NCBI GenBank assembly: GCA_951406725.2
Contig: OX597822.1
Coordinates: forward strand, 31,992,001-32,056,000
Direction of reading: 5' to 3'
Length of the DNA: 64,000 nt
Source: Octopus vulgaris
Taxonomy: Eukaryota
Shown here: positions 13,132 through 30,295 of the stretch, in pieces
Layout: every line of letters starts with the position of its first letter
Numbering within the stretch: position 1 is the stretch's first letter
Position numbers and translations under genes: made by a program
The notes under the pieces: model-generated
Told to the model about the DNA's origin: nothing
The model's database searches: none
The model's input: the letters and a program-made list of their open reading frames with translations, nothing else

Positions 13132-13423
13132 CGTGACCGACCAGGCTATCACATATCGCTGGTCACAATGCGTTTCACATTGTTTTGGCCTTCAAACGAC
13201 GACGCCCCGCTGGCTAAGCGAACAGGCCAACAGAAGAAAGAGTGAAAGAAAGTTGTGGCGAAAGAGTACAGCAGGGATCGCCACCATCCCCTGCTGGAGC
13301 CTTGTGGAGATTTTAGGTGTTTTCACTCAATAAACACTCACAACGCCCGGAATCTGGGAATAGAAACCGCGATCCTACAACCGCGAGTCCGCTGCCCTAA
13401 CCACTGGGCCATTGCGCCTCCAC
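13132..13423 (-). mobile_element. tRNA-derived SINE, head gtggaggcgcaatggcccagtgg, tail type 1
   Basis: A box tggcccagtgg and B-box-like ggtttc(g/t)attcc. Body shared with the copies at 21215, 23701, 28307 and 56357. Confidence 0.85.
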
Positions 13424-13629
13424 ATATGTACACACACGCGCGCGCACACACTCACGCACACACAGCCAAATGGTTCGATCCAAGTACTTATCTTTTAGAG
13501 CCAGAAACTTATTCTGTGGTTCTGTTTTGCCGATCCGCAAAAATTTCGAGAACGTAAACACACCAACACCAACCGTCGAACAGCGGATGAGAACGAGTCA
13601 CAAAGTAAGCTCACAGACAGATACACACT

Positions 13630-13701
<72 letters not shown>

Positions 13702-14229
13702 TACACACACACATGAATAATAATGTGCTTTTAAACGTTATTGTATACAAACTTTCTAATATAAGGAAAGAAAAGAAAACAAACACAATACGTTACGTAC
13801 GGAACAGATTTATTACTTAAGCATACTTTTTTTGCTGAAATTTTCCCGTTGTCCAGAGTCATCAGTCCATGAGACGATTCTGAAATTATGATATTACTGA
13901 TGGTTTTGCTCCTGTTTCTGATTTCACGTACGTTTATTTTCTGTTTTTACTGCGTGCAGGATGGTAGCTTACAATCTGCCGGGTACATGTGCATTTTCAT
14001 TCAATTTAACTCCACGGTTTTTTAAAAAAAAATTCTTCTGGTGGTTATATCTAGAGAATAACTCAGTATTTCTCTGTGTGGTGGCTGTTGTCTTGCTAAA
14101 ATAGAAATATTTCTCGTCATTGTAGTGGATGTAGAAGTTTACGGTAGATATTTGCCGATAAGTTCAAAAATATGTATAGCACATGTGTGTAAGTGTTTGT
14201 GTGTAGGTATGAATGCATGTTTGTATCTC

Positions 14230-14649
14230 TTTTACTTGTTTCAGTCATTTGACTGCGGCCATGCTGGAGCACCGCAAATCGACACCAGGACTTGTTCCTT
14301 GTAAGCCTAGTACTTATTCTATCGGTCCTTTTTTGCCGAATCGCTAAGTTACGAGAACGTAAACACACCAGCATCGGTTGTCAAGCGATGCTGGGGGGAC
14401 AAACACAGATACTCAAACCCACCAACACACAAACACACACACACACACACACACATACATACACATATATATACATACATATATACGACAAGCGTCTTTC
14501 AGTTTCCGTCTACCAAACCTACTCACAAGGCCAGGTCGGCCCAAGGCTATAGTAGAAGACACTTGCCCAAGGTGCCACGTAGTGGGACAGAACCCGGAAC
14601 CATGTGGTTGGTAAGCAAGCTACTTACAACACAGCCACCCCTGCGCCTG
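14230..14649 (-). mobile_element. CORE-type tRNA SINE
   Basis: Same family as 10716 and 55662; internal (CA)n. Confidence 0.88.
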
Positions 14650-14939
14650 TATGTATATTTGCGTATATATATGTGTGCATGCTCGTGAATGCTGACAAAT
14701 CAAGAAGTCGGATATTTTTTTCGGATCTTGAATACCTGTAATTTGTGTCCTTCATCCTGATACTTAAGAGTAAAATACTAGCGCATTTGCATTTCTGTAG
14801 CTGTGCGGTTAAGAACTTCGCTTGGCAACCACTTAGTTTCAGGTTCAGTACAGCAGCGTGCGTCTTGAGGTGTTATATTTTAATATATACATGGGATGTC
14901 CAACGCTAAGCAGAACCCGTTTGATATATATATCCTTTT

Positions 14940-15153
14940 ATTGTTTTACTTCTTTCAGTTATTTGAGTACAGCTATGCTTTTAGCACCACAATGAGGAGT
15001 TCTGGTCGAACAAGCCTCAGAACCTATTTCTTAAGCATAATACATAATTTTATCGGTTTTATATACTGAAGAGATAGCTTGCGGGGACGTAAACAACAAA
15101 CACTGGCGGTAAAATGGTGATGGGTGGACAATCACAGACACAAAGTCATACAC

Positions 15154-15187
<34 letters not shown>

Positions 15188-15365
15188 AAACGCACACACT
15201 TACATGCACATGTATATATATACACACACGCAACGGTCTTCTTCCCGTCTCCGACTGCCAAATCCACTCGAAAGGCTATAGTAGGGGGCACCCGCCAAAG
15301 GTGCCACGTTGTGGAATTGAACCTGGAACCATGTGACCTCCTAGCCCACCGCAACGCCTGCGCAT
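14940..15365 (-). mobile_element. CORE-type tRNA SINE, old copy
   Basis: Degenerate colinear match to 14230-14649. Confidence 0.7.
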
Positions 15366-16259
15366 ACACACACGCACACACACACACACACACACATATA
15401 TATAATTTGCCCCGATTAAGTAACTGAATTTTTACATCGGCAAAAAAGAAAAAAAGAAAAATCACCCACAACTTTTCAAAAATTTCTTTTCATAATAAGA
15501 TGTCCCCAATTATTTCGAAGGCTGTGCTGAAAAAAATATTTGAAAAATACCCGTTAAAACTGAAAAAAAATTGAACTTATGTGGGCGTCCTGGTCCGAAC
15601 ATCCGCGGCTAATGCACCCTTAAATCACAGATTTGTCGCCTGAAAATTATTTTCAAATTGTAAACATAAACAAATTGCATATTCGTAGTGTCTGTGTTTT
15701 AAAACTATGATTAAAAAAGTGAAAAAAATTTAGAATTTATAGAGAGGCTGGGTTAATGAAATAATTCAAAAAGATTTCGTAATTGTATTTAAGTTACGTT
15801 TCAATTTCTGTTTGAAAATAAAGGAGATGTGGATTGTATTAGTGATCACTATTTCCCCTAATTTTTTCTTTTCTAAATCCGCAAGGCTTCTCATATTACG
15901 TTTCAAGGACGAAGCGAAAAAAACCCCCCAATAATTGGTCGAAATCTGTTCTGAGTCGGGGACAGTATTTTGAAAATGCTCGTAAATTTTCAAAATATTT
16001 TCTTTTATTTTTACTGAAATGATGCTTCCCATTATTTATAAGTGTGTAGTAGGATGAGATAAAAGAAAGCAACTGGGCCAAATCCGTCTGGAATTGGGGA
16101 GAGAAGATGCATAAATTTAAAAAATTCTTTTAATAGAAAACATCTCTCCATCATTTGCGAGGGTGTAGGGAAACGAAAAATTCGAAAAAACGCTTCTTCT
16201 ATTGTGGAAATTACCCAGTAAGGACAGAATACTCAGTTAGTATACACACATGCATACAT

Positions 16260-16344
<85 letters not shown>

Positions 16345-16657
16345 AAGTTAGAGGGATGTGATTTGCTCCCTTACTCACAATATACTGAGCACAAGTTGTG
16401 TCATTAACCAGCTGGAAAAGACGTTTTCCTGGCGTAAAAATGTAGTAACATACTTCTTAATAGAACAGCCATATTATAGGAGCCAAAAGACGCTACGCTC
16501 TCTCTCTCCTCCTACTCTCTCTCTCTCTATATATATATATATTGATAGATAGATAGACAGACAGATATATAGATAATTAGATAGATAGCTAGATAGATAG
16601 ACATTTAGATAGATAGATAGATAGGTAGATATACATACATACATACATAATACATAC

Positions 16658-16714
<57 letters not shown>

Positions 16715-17590
16715 CAGAGCGATGGGTAAATTGTTGCCATTAAAACGTTTTAATTTTGTGCATGCGCATGGTTTGTTGTTTGATTTTGTTGACTGCAAAG
16801 TATAGTAGAGTCAGTCGGGCACCGTCTGTGAGAAAAAAATGTCACCATGATACATTTCACTCTGCCAGAAATTTGGAAACGACATACTGCACTGCTTGGC
16901 ATTCGCGCCGGAAGCACCAATACGAACATTTCAGTGTTTGGGTGTCAATTTGTGGACTATGCAATCTGAGGACATGTACCGAGAGTGATAAAAATCAAAC
17001 ATCCAATAAACATTATGGTGTTTGGAGCGATCACTAATGATGGCGACGTTATGCTTTCATTCATCTTCCCACACGGCCTCGCACTTAACACGGAGACCCA
17101 CATCAAGTACCGGGAGGAGGTAGTGCTGCTCCTGTTCAAGATGGTGGCGACTGGGAGACCCTATATTTTTGCAACAGGACTCTGCAACACAAACAAGAAA
17201 ACCCAGTCATGGCTGTCAGGCAATTTCTGCGACCACATCACCCTTAACATCTGGCCGCCCAACTCCCCTGACTGCAACCCCATTGATTATTATGTGTGGG
17301 GCGCAGTTTAGCGAGAGACCCTCAAAAGTCCTTGTAAGACCAAAGATTAATTGAAGGCAAGGATTATGGCAGCATTCACAAACTTAAACAAGGGGATTGT
17401 CCAGAAGATTTGCAGGAGAGTCAGAAGTAGTTTAGAGGTTGAAGCTAATGGCGATTTTATTGAATAAATTTACTCATTAGTATTTCAAAATATTTTAATG
17501 TAAATTCGGTAAACATATCTGTTCAAATGAGATGTCAGTGTAATTTTAATTTTTTGCGTAATTTAGACAACAATATATTCACAGCAACAT
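16715..17590 (+). mobile_element. Internally deleted DD37D (maT-like) element
   Basis: Degenerate TIRs. ORF relic IKHPINIMVFGAITNDG...WPPNSPDCNPIDYYVWG. Confidence 0.85.
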
Positions 17591-17637
17591 ATATATACCC
17601 ACATACACATACATACATACATACATACATACATACA

Positions 17638-17673
<36 letters not shown>

Positions 17674-17681
17674 TATATATA

Positions 17682-19423
<1,742 letters not shown>

Positions 19424-20470
19424 TCTTGTCACTGAACCACGATTCATAATTCATTTCGCTCTCGATTAGAATTTTTTCCCATTGTATTTTAATACATACA
19501 TGCCTTATGAATTCACTTACGCTTTGTGTCCACATTTTGTTCAAGGAAAGGTTTACTCCGGCGGGAATTCTGTCCTGAATATACATTGTTTATGGAATAA
19601 TATTAAGTATGTGGCTGTGAAAATGCAAGCTGGCGTCTTCATAGATTAATTAGCTATCATCTTATACGTTAGTTTGAGTGTTTCTAGTTTGGATCAATCT
19701 GTTTATTATACTCATAAGTTTGCTACATATTCAATGGTATTTGCTGTTTCATTTGTTTGACACCACAATAATATACTGCGAGATTTGCAGTTGATTTTCT
19801 ATGCAGAAATGTCTTGACATTCATTTCTGTTAACTAACTACAAGCACCAAGCAATTATAATTGTTTATTACATTCTTCCTGAATTATTAATATTACGGAG
19901 TTGTATTTAATGATGAAATCATTAAGAAATACTGAGCATTCTTCTGCAGCACCAAGAAGGGAAGATGCTATGCATAATTCATATATATTCAATCAGGCCG
20001 CTGTTTCTGATGCTTCAGGGAGTTTCAATTAGTGAAGTGCCGGTAAAGGTCAAACAACGTGACTCTTTTCCTCTGGCTCTCTTATCAAATCAACAATAAT
20101 AATAAACCCATAAACATTCATTCATATTCTACGTAAATATCATTTACTCTTTGAAATTAAGTTACTTTATGCAAATCATCAGTATTCCCATCATTATAAT
20201 TAGTTTAAATTACATTGTGTTTCCAAAGATGCTTTAACAAGACCTCTGGACTATTCAAAAAGTGTTGTGGTGAAATTTATTAAATCGACCCCAGAAAATT
20301 TTTAACAAATATTCTAATCCCTAAAGAATGAAATGTAAAAATAGTCCTCAGTGGGAGATTTATTAGAGTTATAGATGCAGGTACAGAAACAGAGCCATAA
20401 GGTTAACCCATTGCGCCTACTTTGGGATTTTTTTAAAGAATAAGCTTTCTATATTTAGAACCAATCTAAA

Positions 20471-20863
20471 TCTTTATATATAAAAGTAAGGTTGTGTGTC
20501 TGTCTACTCCGATTTAGATTCCTAACTACTCCCACATTTTGCGGTGCAGGTTAACCAAAACCGGGTATCTTATAGTCGTGATTCATATCAAGCCCTTCTG
20601 GGTATTAGCACGCGTCTACGATGAGTCTACGATTTTAAAAATAATTTACCATAATTTCTTTCCATTTTAATGCATATTTTTTAAATATAAGGGAAGTAAC
20701 TCTCTAAAAATGTCTACGATGAGTCAACGATTTAAAAAAAAAATTGCCATAATTTTTTTTCCATTTTTAATGCATTTTTTGCTATTTTTTGGCTATAACT
20801 CTCTAAAAATGCTTTATAGTTATTTCCCTTACAAACCCGAGCAACGCCGGGCGATACTGCTAG
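20471..20863 (+). mobile_element. Non-autonomous Helitron
   Basis: a|TC start, subterminal hairpin cccgagcaacgccggg, CTAG|t end, internal tandem duplication. Confidence 0.88.
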
Positions 20864-21110
20864 TATAAATATATAACAGAAATAGGGTATCTGAAGACAA
20901 TGGTTTAATTATTCTAAGAATAATTAACCATGAAAACTAACAGAGAAGGAAGAAAATCAACGATGAAATACTCGTAAATGGCTTTGACATGCAAATGGTA
21001 TCTAATTTCCAGACTGGGGAACACTGCACAAAATGTATTGAATGCCCTCTATGTCTTTAATTATACATATAGGTATGCACACACGCACACACACACACAC
21101 ATACACACAT

Positions 21111-21166
<56 letters not shown>

Positions 21167-21214
21167 TTCTTCCAATCAGTACTCACGTCATTAGCCACAA
21201 AGAATAATCTTTAA

Positions 21215-21646
21215 TTCGAACCTACTCTAAGCTACTAAGAATGCGAGTGGCAACTTGAAGGTCCACCCACTACGCGCGATAGACTGGCGGTTGCACGAGC
21301 GTGAAAGCTAAGTTATTATCCTCGTTCCGTAAACGGTGGTTTTTAATGGGTGGAGAGCTGAACCATCCTGGCGTACAGAGGATTCGCAATCTAGACGAGG
21401 GTCTGAAAGTTTACCACACCATAGTGGGTTACCCCATGGTTTCTCTGCTTTGTGGCAGATGTAGGAAGAAAGAGTGAGAGAAAGTTGTGGTGAAAGAGTA
21501 CTGTGGGGTTCACCCCCCCACCGGAACCTCGTGGAGCTTAGGCGTTTTTGCTCAATAAACACTCACAATGCTCGATCTGGGAATCGAAACCGCGTTCATT
21601 TGACCGCGAGTCTGCTGCCCTAACCACTGGGCCATTGCGCCTCCAC
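21215..21646 (-). mobile_element. tRNA SINE (gtggaggcgcaatgg head), tail type 2
   Basis: Head and body at 21465-21646 match the family; the leftward tail is unrelated to other copies. Left boundary approximate. Confidence 0.75.
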
Positions 21647-22479
21647 TGCGGTTGCTGTTACTTCCCTTTTCGGTTTCAGTTTAATACGAGTGTTATTGGT
21701 TGTCATTTTGGTGTTAGCGAGCATAATCTGGCAAGACGGAGAATCTTTTTTTTTCCACTTTTTCCTTTGTTGCTGTTGAGTTTTGTTGTTGTTTATAATC
21801 TAATAAACCTTTCTGAAGCCTTCTAATAAAAGGATTTCACAAATAAGGTTTGAGATTTATAGGAGAATTAAATAAAACGTAATGTTGGAGCTAACAATGA
21901 ACAAGAGAGTTCATTTCGGAGAAATGGTCACATAATTCAATTTAGTGATTTAATGACATTTTAATTAATTAAAAATGAATGAATCTAATCGCCAAAGTAT
22001 AGTGACAATTCTGATCATACTTGAGTTCTATTAGATCTTAGAAATATTCATTGTTGGATTGGTGACGCAGTGTATGTTCCAGCTCTGAGTTCAAATCCTG
22101 TTGAAATTAATTTTGGTTTTTCAACCTGTTGGGGTTGATAAAATGAATACCAACCCATGGCGATGGAATGTGAAAATAACGCCTTGCAGTATCTGTTACA
22201 TCTCTATTCGTTCTTACGGCAACATATACAAAGAGACTGAGGGTTTTCGTCTTGATAAATAGCGGTGGTAGGTAAGAAGAACGGGGACTTCCGAGCATGT
22301 GCAACTGTTGGTATTTTCCCCACCAAATGACTTTAAAAACCGGTACCGAGGCATGTGCAGATGCATGATCAACACTGACTGACGAAAGCCTTATACACAC
22401 ACTGTCACCGAAATACAGAGATTACTACTATACCAGACTAAGAGGAAATGCATAATTTGTTTGTGGCATGCTGCTCTTG

Positions 22480-23187
<708 letters not shown>

Positions 23188-23700
23188 TATCCTAAAAAGT
23201 TATATATTAAAAGAGCTTTCTGAAATCTTAATGGAATATTCCGATTTTCATGAGAGTACGTATGAGTTTAGGTGCTTCTCAAAAAGAAATTATCTTATTT
23301 TCATCCATTAAAGTACGACATCGGTATGTTTTTGTTCTTTATTTCACCCATCCTGGATTGATGGAGGTTAAAGTGGAGTCTGCTAGATGTTGATGCTTTT
23401 TTATGCTGTTGTTGTGTAGCCTAAATCAATGTTAGCCGATCAAGCCGATCTATATTCATAAGCGTTCCTGCCGTGTCTATTCCATCATATAAATTTCAAG
23501 GGGAAATTATTTCATTCATTTGATTCTTTGAAATATGGCCGCCTTTTTAATGCATGTCATTCATATTAACAACCCTGGATGGAGGGAAGATAAGTTCACC
23601 CTGGTGTATTTTATTGTTGTTACTGTTATTTTTATTTAGTTCAGATCAATTGTTGTTGAGTCAACACTCTCTCAATATTCATTCCTTATTAAGATCTGGC

Positions 23701-24011
23701 GTGGAGGCACATGGCCTAGTGGTTAGAGCAGTGGACTCGCGGTCGAGGGATCGCGGGTTCGAATCTCAGACCGGGCGATGTGTGTATTTATGAGCGAAAC
23801 ACCTAAGCTCCACGCGGCTCCAGCAGGAGGTAATGGCGAACTTCTGCTGACTCTTTCGCCACAACTTTCTCTCACTCTTTCCTCCTGCATATTCCAGCTC
23901 ACCTGCAACGGATCGGCGTCCCGTCCAGGTGGGAAATCTATACGTCAAGGATATCGGGAAACCGGTCCTTGTGAGCCAAGCGTGGCTCGAGAAAGAACAA
24001 ACAACAAAAGC
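23701..24011 (+). mobile_element. tRNA SINE (same head family), tail type 3
   Basis: Head gtggaggcacatggcctagtggttagagc..ggttcgaatc. 11-bp TSD TAAGATCTGGC at 23690-23700 and 24012-24022. Confidence 0.88.
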
Positions 24012-25428
24012 TAAGATCTGGCACTCTGTGTGCTCATTTAGAGTTCTTTGTGACCTTGACCATCGACCAAATAAATGAAATTATCTTGGTCGTGCTGGTA
24101 AAAATTAGTTTAATGCTAAATACAAATACGCATATGCTTATATTTTTTTCATCTCTATAAGTATATCTTATTTTTCAAGCAAACAGTATTTAAAAAAATA
24201 TTTCAGCGTTTTTAGGAAAACAATATGTTAAATAAATAAATTTTGCAAACAAAGCAGATGCATTGTTAAGTCCTTACCGATAAAACTGTTATCCACCTGC
24301 AGATTATATGATACCTAATACGGCATTGTACACGTTTTACTAACGCTTTTCCCAAGGCAGTTTTCATTATTGATATATTTTAAACTTTATTATATTATAC
24401 AGAAGTTAGTATAGAATTTTCCAATGTTTCGACGCCAATATATTACTTCTTTTATCGAGCGAAGACTCCTGAAATACAAAATCGATAATGGGTCAATTTG
24501 AACTTATGGTGCAAAGAAACAGAGCAAAATTCTCTAAGGCACGTTGATGCGTCTTGTATTCTAGAGTATCTGCTGATTCACTACCTTGAAGATGTGTTAT
24601 CTTTGTTACACACTTTACTTGAAGAACGTATTATCTTAGGGAATTATCGATGTGGTAGATATGTCACTTCAAATTACTGGCTGCAGCTTAGTAAAACTGA
24701 AAATGCCTGTTCACAAAAAAAGGTCAAATGTTATAATGTGCGATATGCTGAAGAAACAAGCATATTGCTGGAGAGAATTGAAATATTTGTAGATGACCTT
24801 TCGATCTTTTGTTAATGCCAGTTTGTTGGCGGTGCCACTTGTGAAGAAATATCATTATTAAAAGAAGGTTCATGAAAAGAATGAGCGATCTTGTAAACGT
24901 TCTTCGGTGCATTCTCAAAATACTGATTACTGCTGCTTATCTTGGCTTGATGTTAGATAAATATTTTAATGGATTTTTCTATCATTCCTCAAGACTGAAG
25001 AAGTTCAGATACCAATGGGATCAACTTTAACTTTTGTTCGTCCAGATTGAATAAAGTAACAGCCAATAAAATACTGAAATTAAATTAATTAAATCGATTA
25101 AGTCTCTCCCATAGAGTAACATATTGTTAAGATAGGTACATTATTGAGCGAATATTTAACAATATTCAGTGGAACCCAAGGTAGTATTTTGTTATGACCT
25201 TGTGAGTTCAGATGCCACCGAGGTTGACTTCCTTTTCATTATATGAAAACTGATACGATAAATACCATTCTAGTACATAGGTCACCGTTTTTCGACCCTA
25301 CCCTTCTTCAGCATTTGAGGTCTTATGCCTAGATGTCAAAATTTGCTTCGTTTTCATTACCTATATTGGGTATTTTACACACACAGACACAGCCCCCTCA
25401 CACACAAACACACACGAATGAACACACA

Positions 25429-25460
<32 letters not shown>

Positions 25461-25534
25461 TACACACACACGTATGTATTTCAGGAAAAACTATGGCTTA
25501 CATGTTGCTGAGAAAGTAGCAGCGCATGTAATAC

Positions 25535-25808
25535 CATACCGGAAATCTGTGTTGGTATGTTTACGTCCCTTTGTAGTTCGGCAAAGCAGATCGATGGAAT
25601 AAGTACCATGTTTATAAAAAAATAAAATAAGTACTGTGGTCGATTAGTTCAACTAAAATTCCTCAAGACGCTGCTCTATCATGGTTCCAGGTTCAGTCCT
25701 ACTGCGTGACACCTTGATCAAATGTCTTCTTCTTCGAGTCGATCAAAACCTTATGAGCGGACTTGGGAGATGGAAACTGAAAGAAGGTCGCACAGACACA
25801 GGTAAATA

Positions 25809-25893
<85 letters not shown>

Positions 25894-26270
25894 CTATATA
25901 TAATTAGTGTACATTTAAACACAAAAGAGGTGACCCTAATAGGACACCTTACATGCTAGAAGGAACAGTCAAAATCCAAGCCACGGTTAACAAACCTTAT
26001 TTTATTCGTTAATTAAAGTTCGAAACCTAGGTCCGGTAACAAAATATGGTAAATGTTTTTATTTTTCATTCCCTTCGAAATTGCTCTTAACCGTGGTTTG
26101 GATTTGACTATTCCTTCTAGCATGTAAGGTGTCCTGTTAGAGTCACCTTCTTTGTTTTTAAGTGTATACTAATTTTATACGAAAAATATATTTATATTGT
26201 CTGTTTCATACATGCTGGGCCACTGGTAGAAAAATTTCTATATTCCAAACCTCTCTCTCTCTCTCTCTCT

Positions 26271-26317
<47 letters not shown>

Positions 26318-26540
26318 GTGTGTATGTGTGGGTGCGTGTGTGTGTATGTGTTTGTCCCCTCCTCACCGCTTGAAAACCGGTTTTAATGTGTTTAAGTCCC
26401 CGAAACTTAGCCGTTCGGCAAAAGAACCCGATAGATAAGTACCAGGCTTATAATTATTGGGATCAAGCCATTGGGCTACAAGGTCTTCAAAGCGATGCCC
26501 CTGCATGACCGCCGTCTAATGATTGAAACAATTAAAAGTT
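25535..26540 (+). mobile_element. Tandem or fragmented CORE-type SINE pieces interrupted by a fold-back element
   Basis: Tail piece at ~25535-25680, head piece at 25681-25795, tail piece at 26315-26540. Confidence 0.65.
25902..26174 (+). mobile_element. Fold-back relic of an HHR-bearing retroelement (~89-bp inverted arms)
   Basis: Arms at 25902-25990 and 26087-26174. Spacer holds an HHR 3' half, GAAA-CCTAGG-TC, at 26022-26033. Confidence 0.7.
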
Positions 26541-26563
26541 AAAATATAAGATATATTTATGTA

Positions 26564-26603
<40 letters not shown>

Positions 26604-28306
26604 CATGTATATATCAGTATATATGTATGGATATGTATATATGTGCATATATATGTGTATATATATTTGCATAAACACACACACATACATATTAGATTAT
26701 GTACATGTAAGATACTAAGGTAGAAAAATACTAAAATTCTCAATTTTGCTTCAGAAGCAGGTAAAAGAAATTTCTGCCTTAAAATATCAATCTCCAATCC
26801 TAGCAAAAATGCTACACACACTCGACAGGTGGAAATAAATAAAATGAAATTTCTCATCCAGGCAAATTAATAAGCAACTGCAAAACTTCCGTTATATAAG
26901 AGGGAAAGAAAAATATCACCACTTCTTAAACCGTGGGAAACTTCCTCAATTTACTCTTTGTTCGTAGATCTACCACAAAATAGATCAACGTTTCCTTAGG
27001 TAAACATCTAAGCTACAGAAACTGGAACTAACTAGAAATCGATGAGTATTTTATGACAGATGGTGTCATAATACGATATTTCTTTTCTTACAATATATTC
27101 ATAACAATGTCAGTAAGGAAATATGAAAATACATGGCTTCACTTCAGTGTTCGTGGTTAAATACTTTTAGCCACTTTGATATCTCATATGATACAATACA
27201 CAATTGAAAGCGTTATGCAAAGGCTATGTGTTTTCCTTTTTACCACACAGCTATGCTGATAGTTCAATTGTCGTAGTTGCACCCAAGGCATGATTTTGTA
27301 AATCACTCACTCGTTACTGTGGCATTAGAGATGGCGTATCTTCTTAGGCTGTATCTTAGGCTATACATTGCGATGGATCCCAGCCTCCTTTAAGCTGAAT
27401 CAAAGATGCAGCTAATGAGCTGTACTCATTAACGAAAGCTAATGAAATACTAATCAAATCTGTCGAACTGTCACTGATTACTATAGTAAAGTAAAATCCT
27501 CAACTTGCTACTTAGGTATTGCTGAAAGTATTGTGAAGCGAATTATTTTATTAGCCAAGGGCAGAGTACATTAAAAGACATATCGGAGAATCTTATTGAT
27601 TTAGTTTATCTGCTGCTTCGAATCTGAGGTAGCCATTAGCAAAATGTTGCAATCTATATGATCTATCTAGAAACCTTGATTGTGAAACTGATATGGTTTT
27701 GTAGTAACTAGATCAAACACAAAATGATAAATATATAGATGAACAGGCATAAATGGATTCGGTTATAAGATGGAAGTCGACAATACTGTTAAAAGCTGTA
27801 CATGAATATACGCCACTATACTTTGCAGAATATTGTTGGTGAGTCATTTAACGCAAAACCGGCGCATTCCTTGCTACGTAGACATTATACTAATCCACTT
27901 TGTTACATCAAATATATGCATTCACATTAACAAAACTGTCGATTTCGGCCTTTTTGCTCGCCATTATATTTGTACTTCATTATCGTCATATCTCATTATC
28001 TGTTGACTCATAGCAAGGGGCGGGGCAACTTATGAATTTTTTGCATCGTGTAATGATTATCAGTTAGAAAAAAATTACCATTATGAAAAATATTATCATT
28101 GCTTTATTCTAACTTTATTTTTCATTGTTGTACAGAGTTTAGTGTCTTCAGAAGTTTTAATCGATTGCTTCAATACCAATACTTATTATACGGCAGTACA
28201 TACTTTATCGATATCAAATATTCAAATCTCTAAGTTAAGTTTTTTAAAACCGGTAGTGTTAAAAGTGTAAAAACAAACATTGAAATACATTTTCACACAC
28301 ATATGA

Positions 28307-28676
28307 GGAAGCACTCCGTCGGTTACGACGATGAGGTTTCCGGTTGATCCGAATCAACGGAACAGCCTGCTCGTAAAATTAACGTGTAACTGACTGAGCA
28401 CTCCACAGACACGTGCACATTTAACGTAGTTCTCGGGGATATTCAGCGTGACACAGAGAGTGACAAGGCCGCCCCTTGGAATACAGGTACAACAGAAACA
28501 GGAAGTAAGAGTGAGAGAAAGTTGTGGTGAAAGAGTACAACAGGGATCACCACCATCCCCTGCCGGAGCATCGTGGAGCTTTTAGGTGTTTTCGCCCAAT
28601 AAACACTCACAACGCCCGGTCTGGGAATCGAAACCGCGAGTCCGCTGCCCTAACCACTGGGCCATTGCGCCTCCAC
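28307..28676 (-). mobile_element. tRNA SINE (same head family), tail type 4
   Basis: Full length, with TSD TCACACACATAT at 28293-28304 and 28677-28688. Near identical to 56357-56741. Confidence 0.9.
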
Positions 28677-29686
28677 TCACACACATATAGTTGGTAACAT
28701 ATATGCCCAGTTCGGTTTCATGTGGTCTAAACTGTCAGTTATATACTTTACGTAAAGTCTAAAGAAAGTTGTGTTCATATGATAAGCATGGTTTCAAGCA
28801 TTTTAATTTGCAGCTAAAGATTACTAAGCACCTACTCCAACTACTGACCTGTAATTGCTGAAAGGAATCTGCTTGTCCACTGATCAGTTGTTGCATTTCC
28901 ACTTCGTGTTATCAACTCCTTTTGATGGTATCCAGAAGAACTAGCCGAGTCATACCATCATAAATTTGAATTGTTTTAGGTAAATGATTGGTGGGACTTC
29001 ATTTTCCTTTTTCGTTTTGTTTGGAGGCTTAAAGATAGAATAACAAAATTTCGCTATGACTGAATAAAATGTTCATAGAGTTTTAACATACTTCATCAAA
29101 GTGCAGGCTCTGGCTCTCTACAACACTGCATATCCGAAATCAGTCTACAGTATCACACGAAAAATTCTGAGGTGATGTTCAAGTATCATATCAGACGATC
29201 AGTTTCCTTGCAAATAATTAATAATTTTACTAAGATGTCTGTCAAGCACTCTATTCGTGATTTTACGCACTACATGTACAGAGCGGTTATTTCGCAAGTA
29301 GATTTCGATAATACCTCGTGACCTGGATTTTTTATTTTACAAAAAGAAACTATACTTACCATCGATGAATGGAGACTTTACTTTAAGATCTAATCTACAG
29401 ATTAATAGCGGACATCTGAAGGTTTCGATACATAGATCCGTGTGTGTAAAATTCCGAGTAACTGCTGTTAAATCCCCTCTTCCCATCTGTCAATACAATT
29501 CCACATTACCAATTGTGTTTGCTTTTCTTTCGTTCATAAACGCATACATTTGTAAGTACAAATACCTACACATCAGTATAATATAAAAATAACATATATA
29601 TGTATGTATATATAATGTATAATATATATATATATATATATATACATATGTGTGTGTGTGTAAATATATGTATGAATATATGTATG

Positions 29687-29720
<34 letters not shown>

Positions 29721-29751
29721 TGTATGTATGTATGTATGTATGTATTGTTTT

Positions 29752-30115
29752 CTACTTGCTTCAGTCACAAGATTGCAGCCATATAAGGGTACCGCTTTGG
29801 AAAATTAGGCCTAGTACTTATTGTATCAATGTCTTTTTCCGAACCGTTACGGGGATATAAGCACATCAATACCGGGTATCAAGTGCTGTTAGGGACAAAC
29901 ACACACACACACACATACACACAAACACACACACATACACACATACACACCCGTACGCGCGCACATGCACACACATATGTACAAAAGGATTCTTTCAGTT
30001 TCCGTCTACCAAATCCATTCATAAGTTTTTGGTCGGCCAAGGCACCACGCATGGAACTGAACCCGGAGCCATATGTTTGGATAGCAAGCTACTTACCACA
30101 CAGCTACTCTTGTGT
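29752..30115 (-). mobile_element. CORE-type tRNA SINE, degenerate
   Basis: Colinear with the family, with deletions. Confidence 0.75.
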
Positions 30116-30124
30116 CTATGTATG

Positions 30125-30173
<49 letters not shown>

Positions 30174-30188
30174 TCAATTTACCCTGTA

Positions 30189-30295
30189 ATTTCTTATACG
30201 ATATACCGTTTCATCTGCTGATTAATGGTAAACCAACCTGATTAAATTAAATCAAGCCAATCTTCCACAGGCCCTCAGATTCTTCAGTAAGAAAT
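30189..30295 (-). ncRNA. Type I hammerhead ribozyme (array unit 1)
   Basis: Reverse strand: ATTTCTTA-CTGAAGA-ATCTG..CAGAT-GAAA-CGGTATATCG-TA-TAAGAAAT. Confidence 0.85.

Noticed and set aside
15402-16240. Possible unclassified DNA element between microsatellites
   Set aside because: I could not define convincing TIRs, a TSD or a second copy.
20891-20940. CTGAAGA-hairpin-GAAA HHR-like motif
   Set aside because: The hairpin is real, but no stem III, NUH triplet or stem I follows.
23701-23775. tRNA genes at SINE heads
   Set aside because: They continue into SINE bodies with TSDs and lack a proper acceptor stem.
24498-24815. 105-aa ORF as a host exon
   Set aside because: No recognisable domain or supported splice structure.
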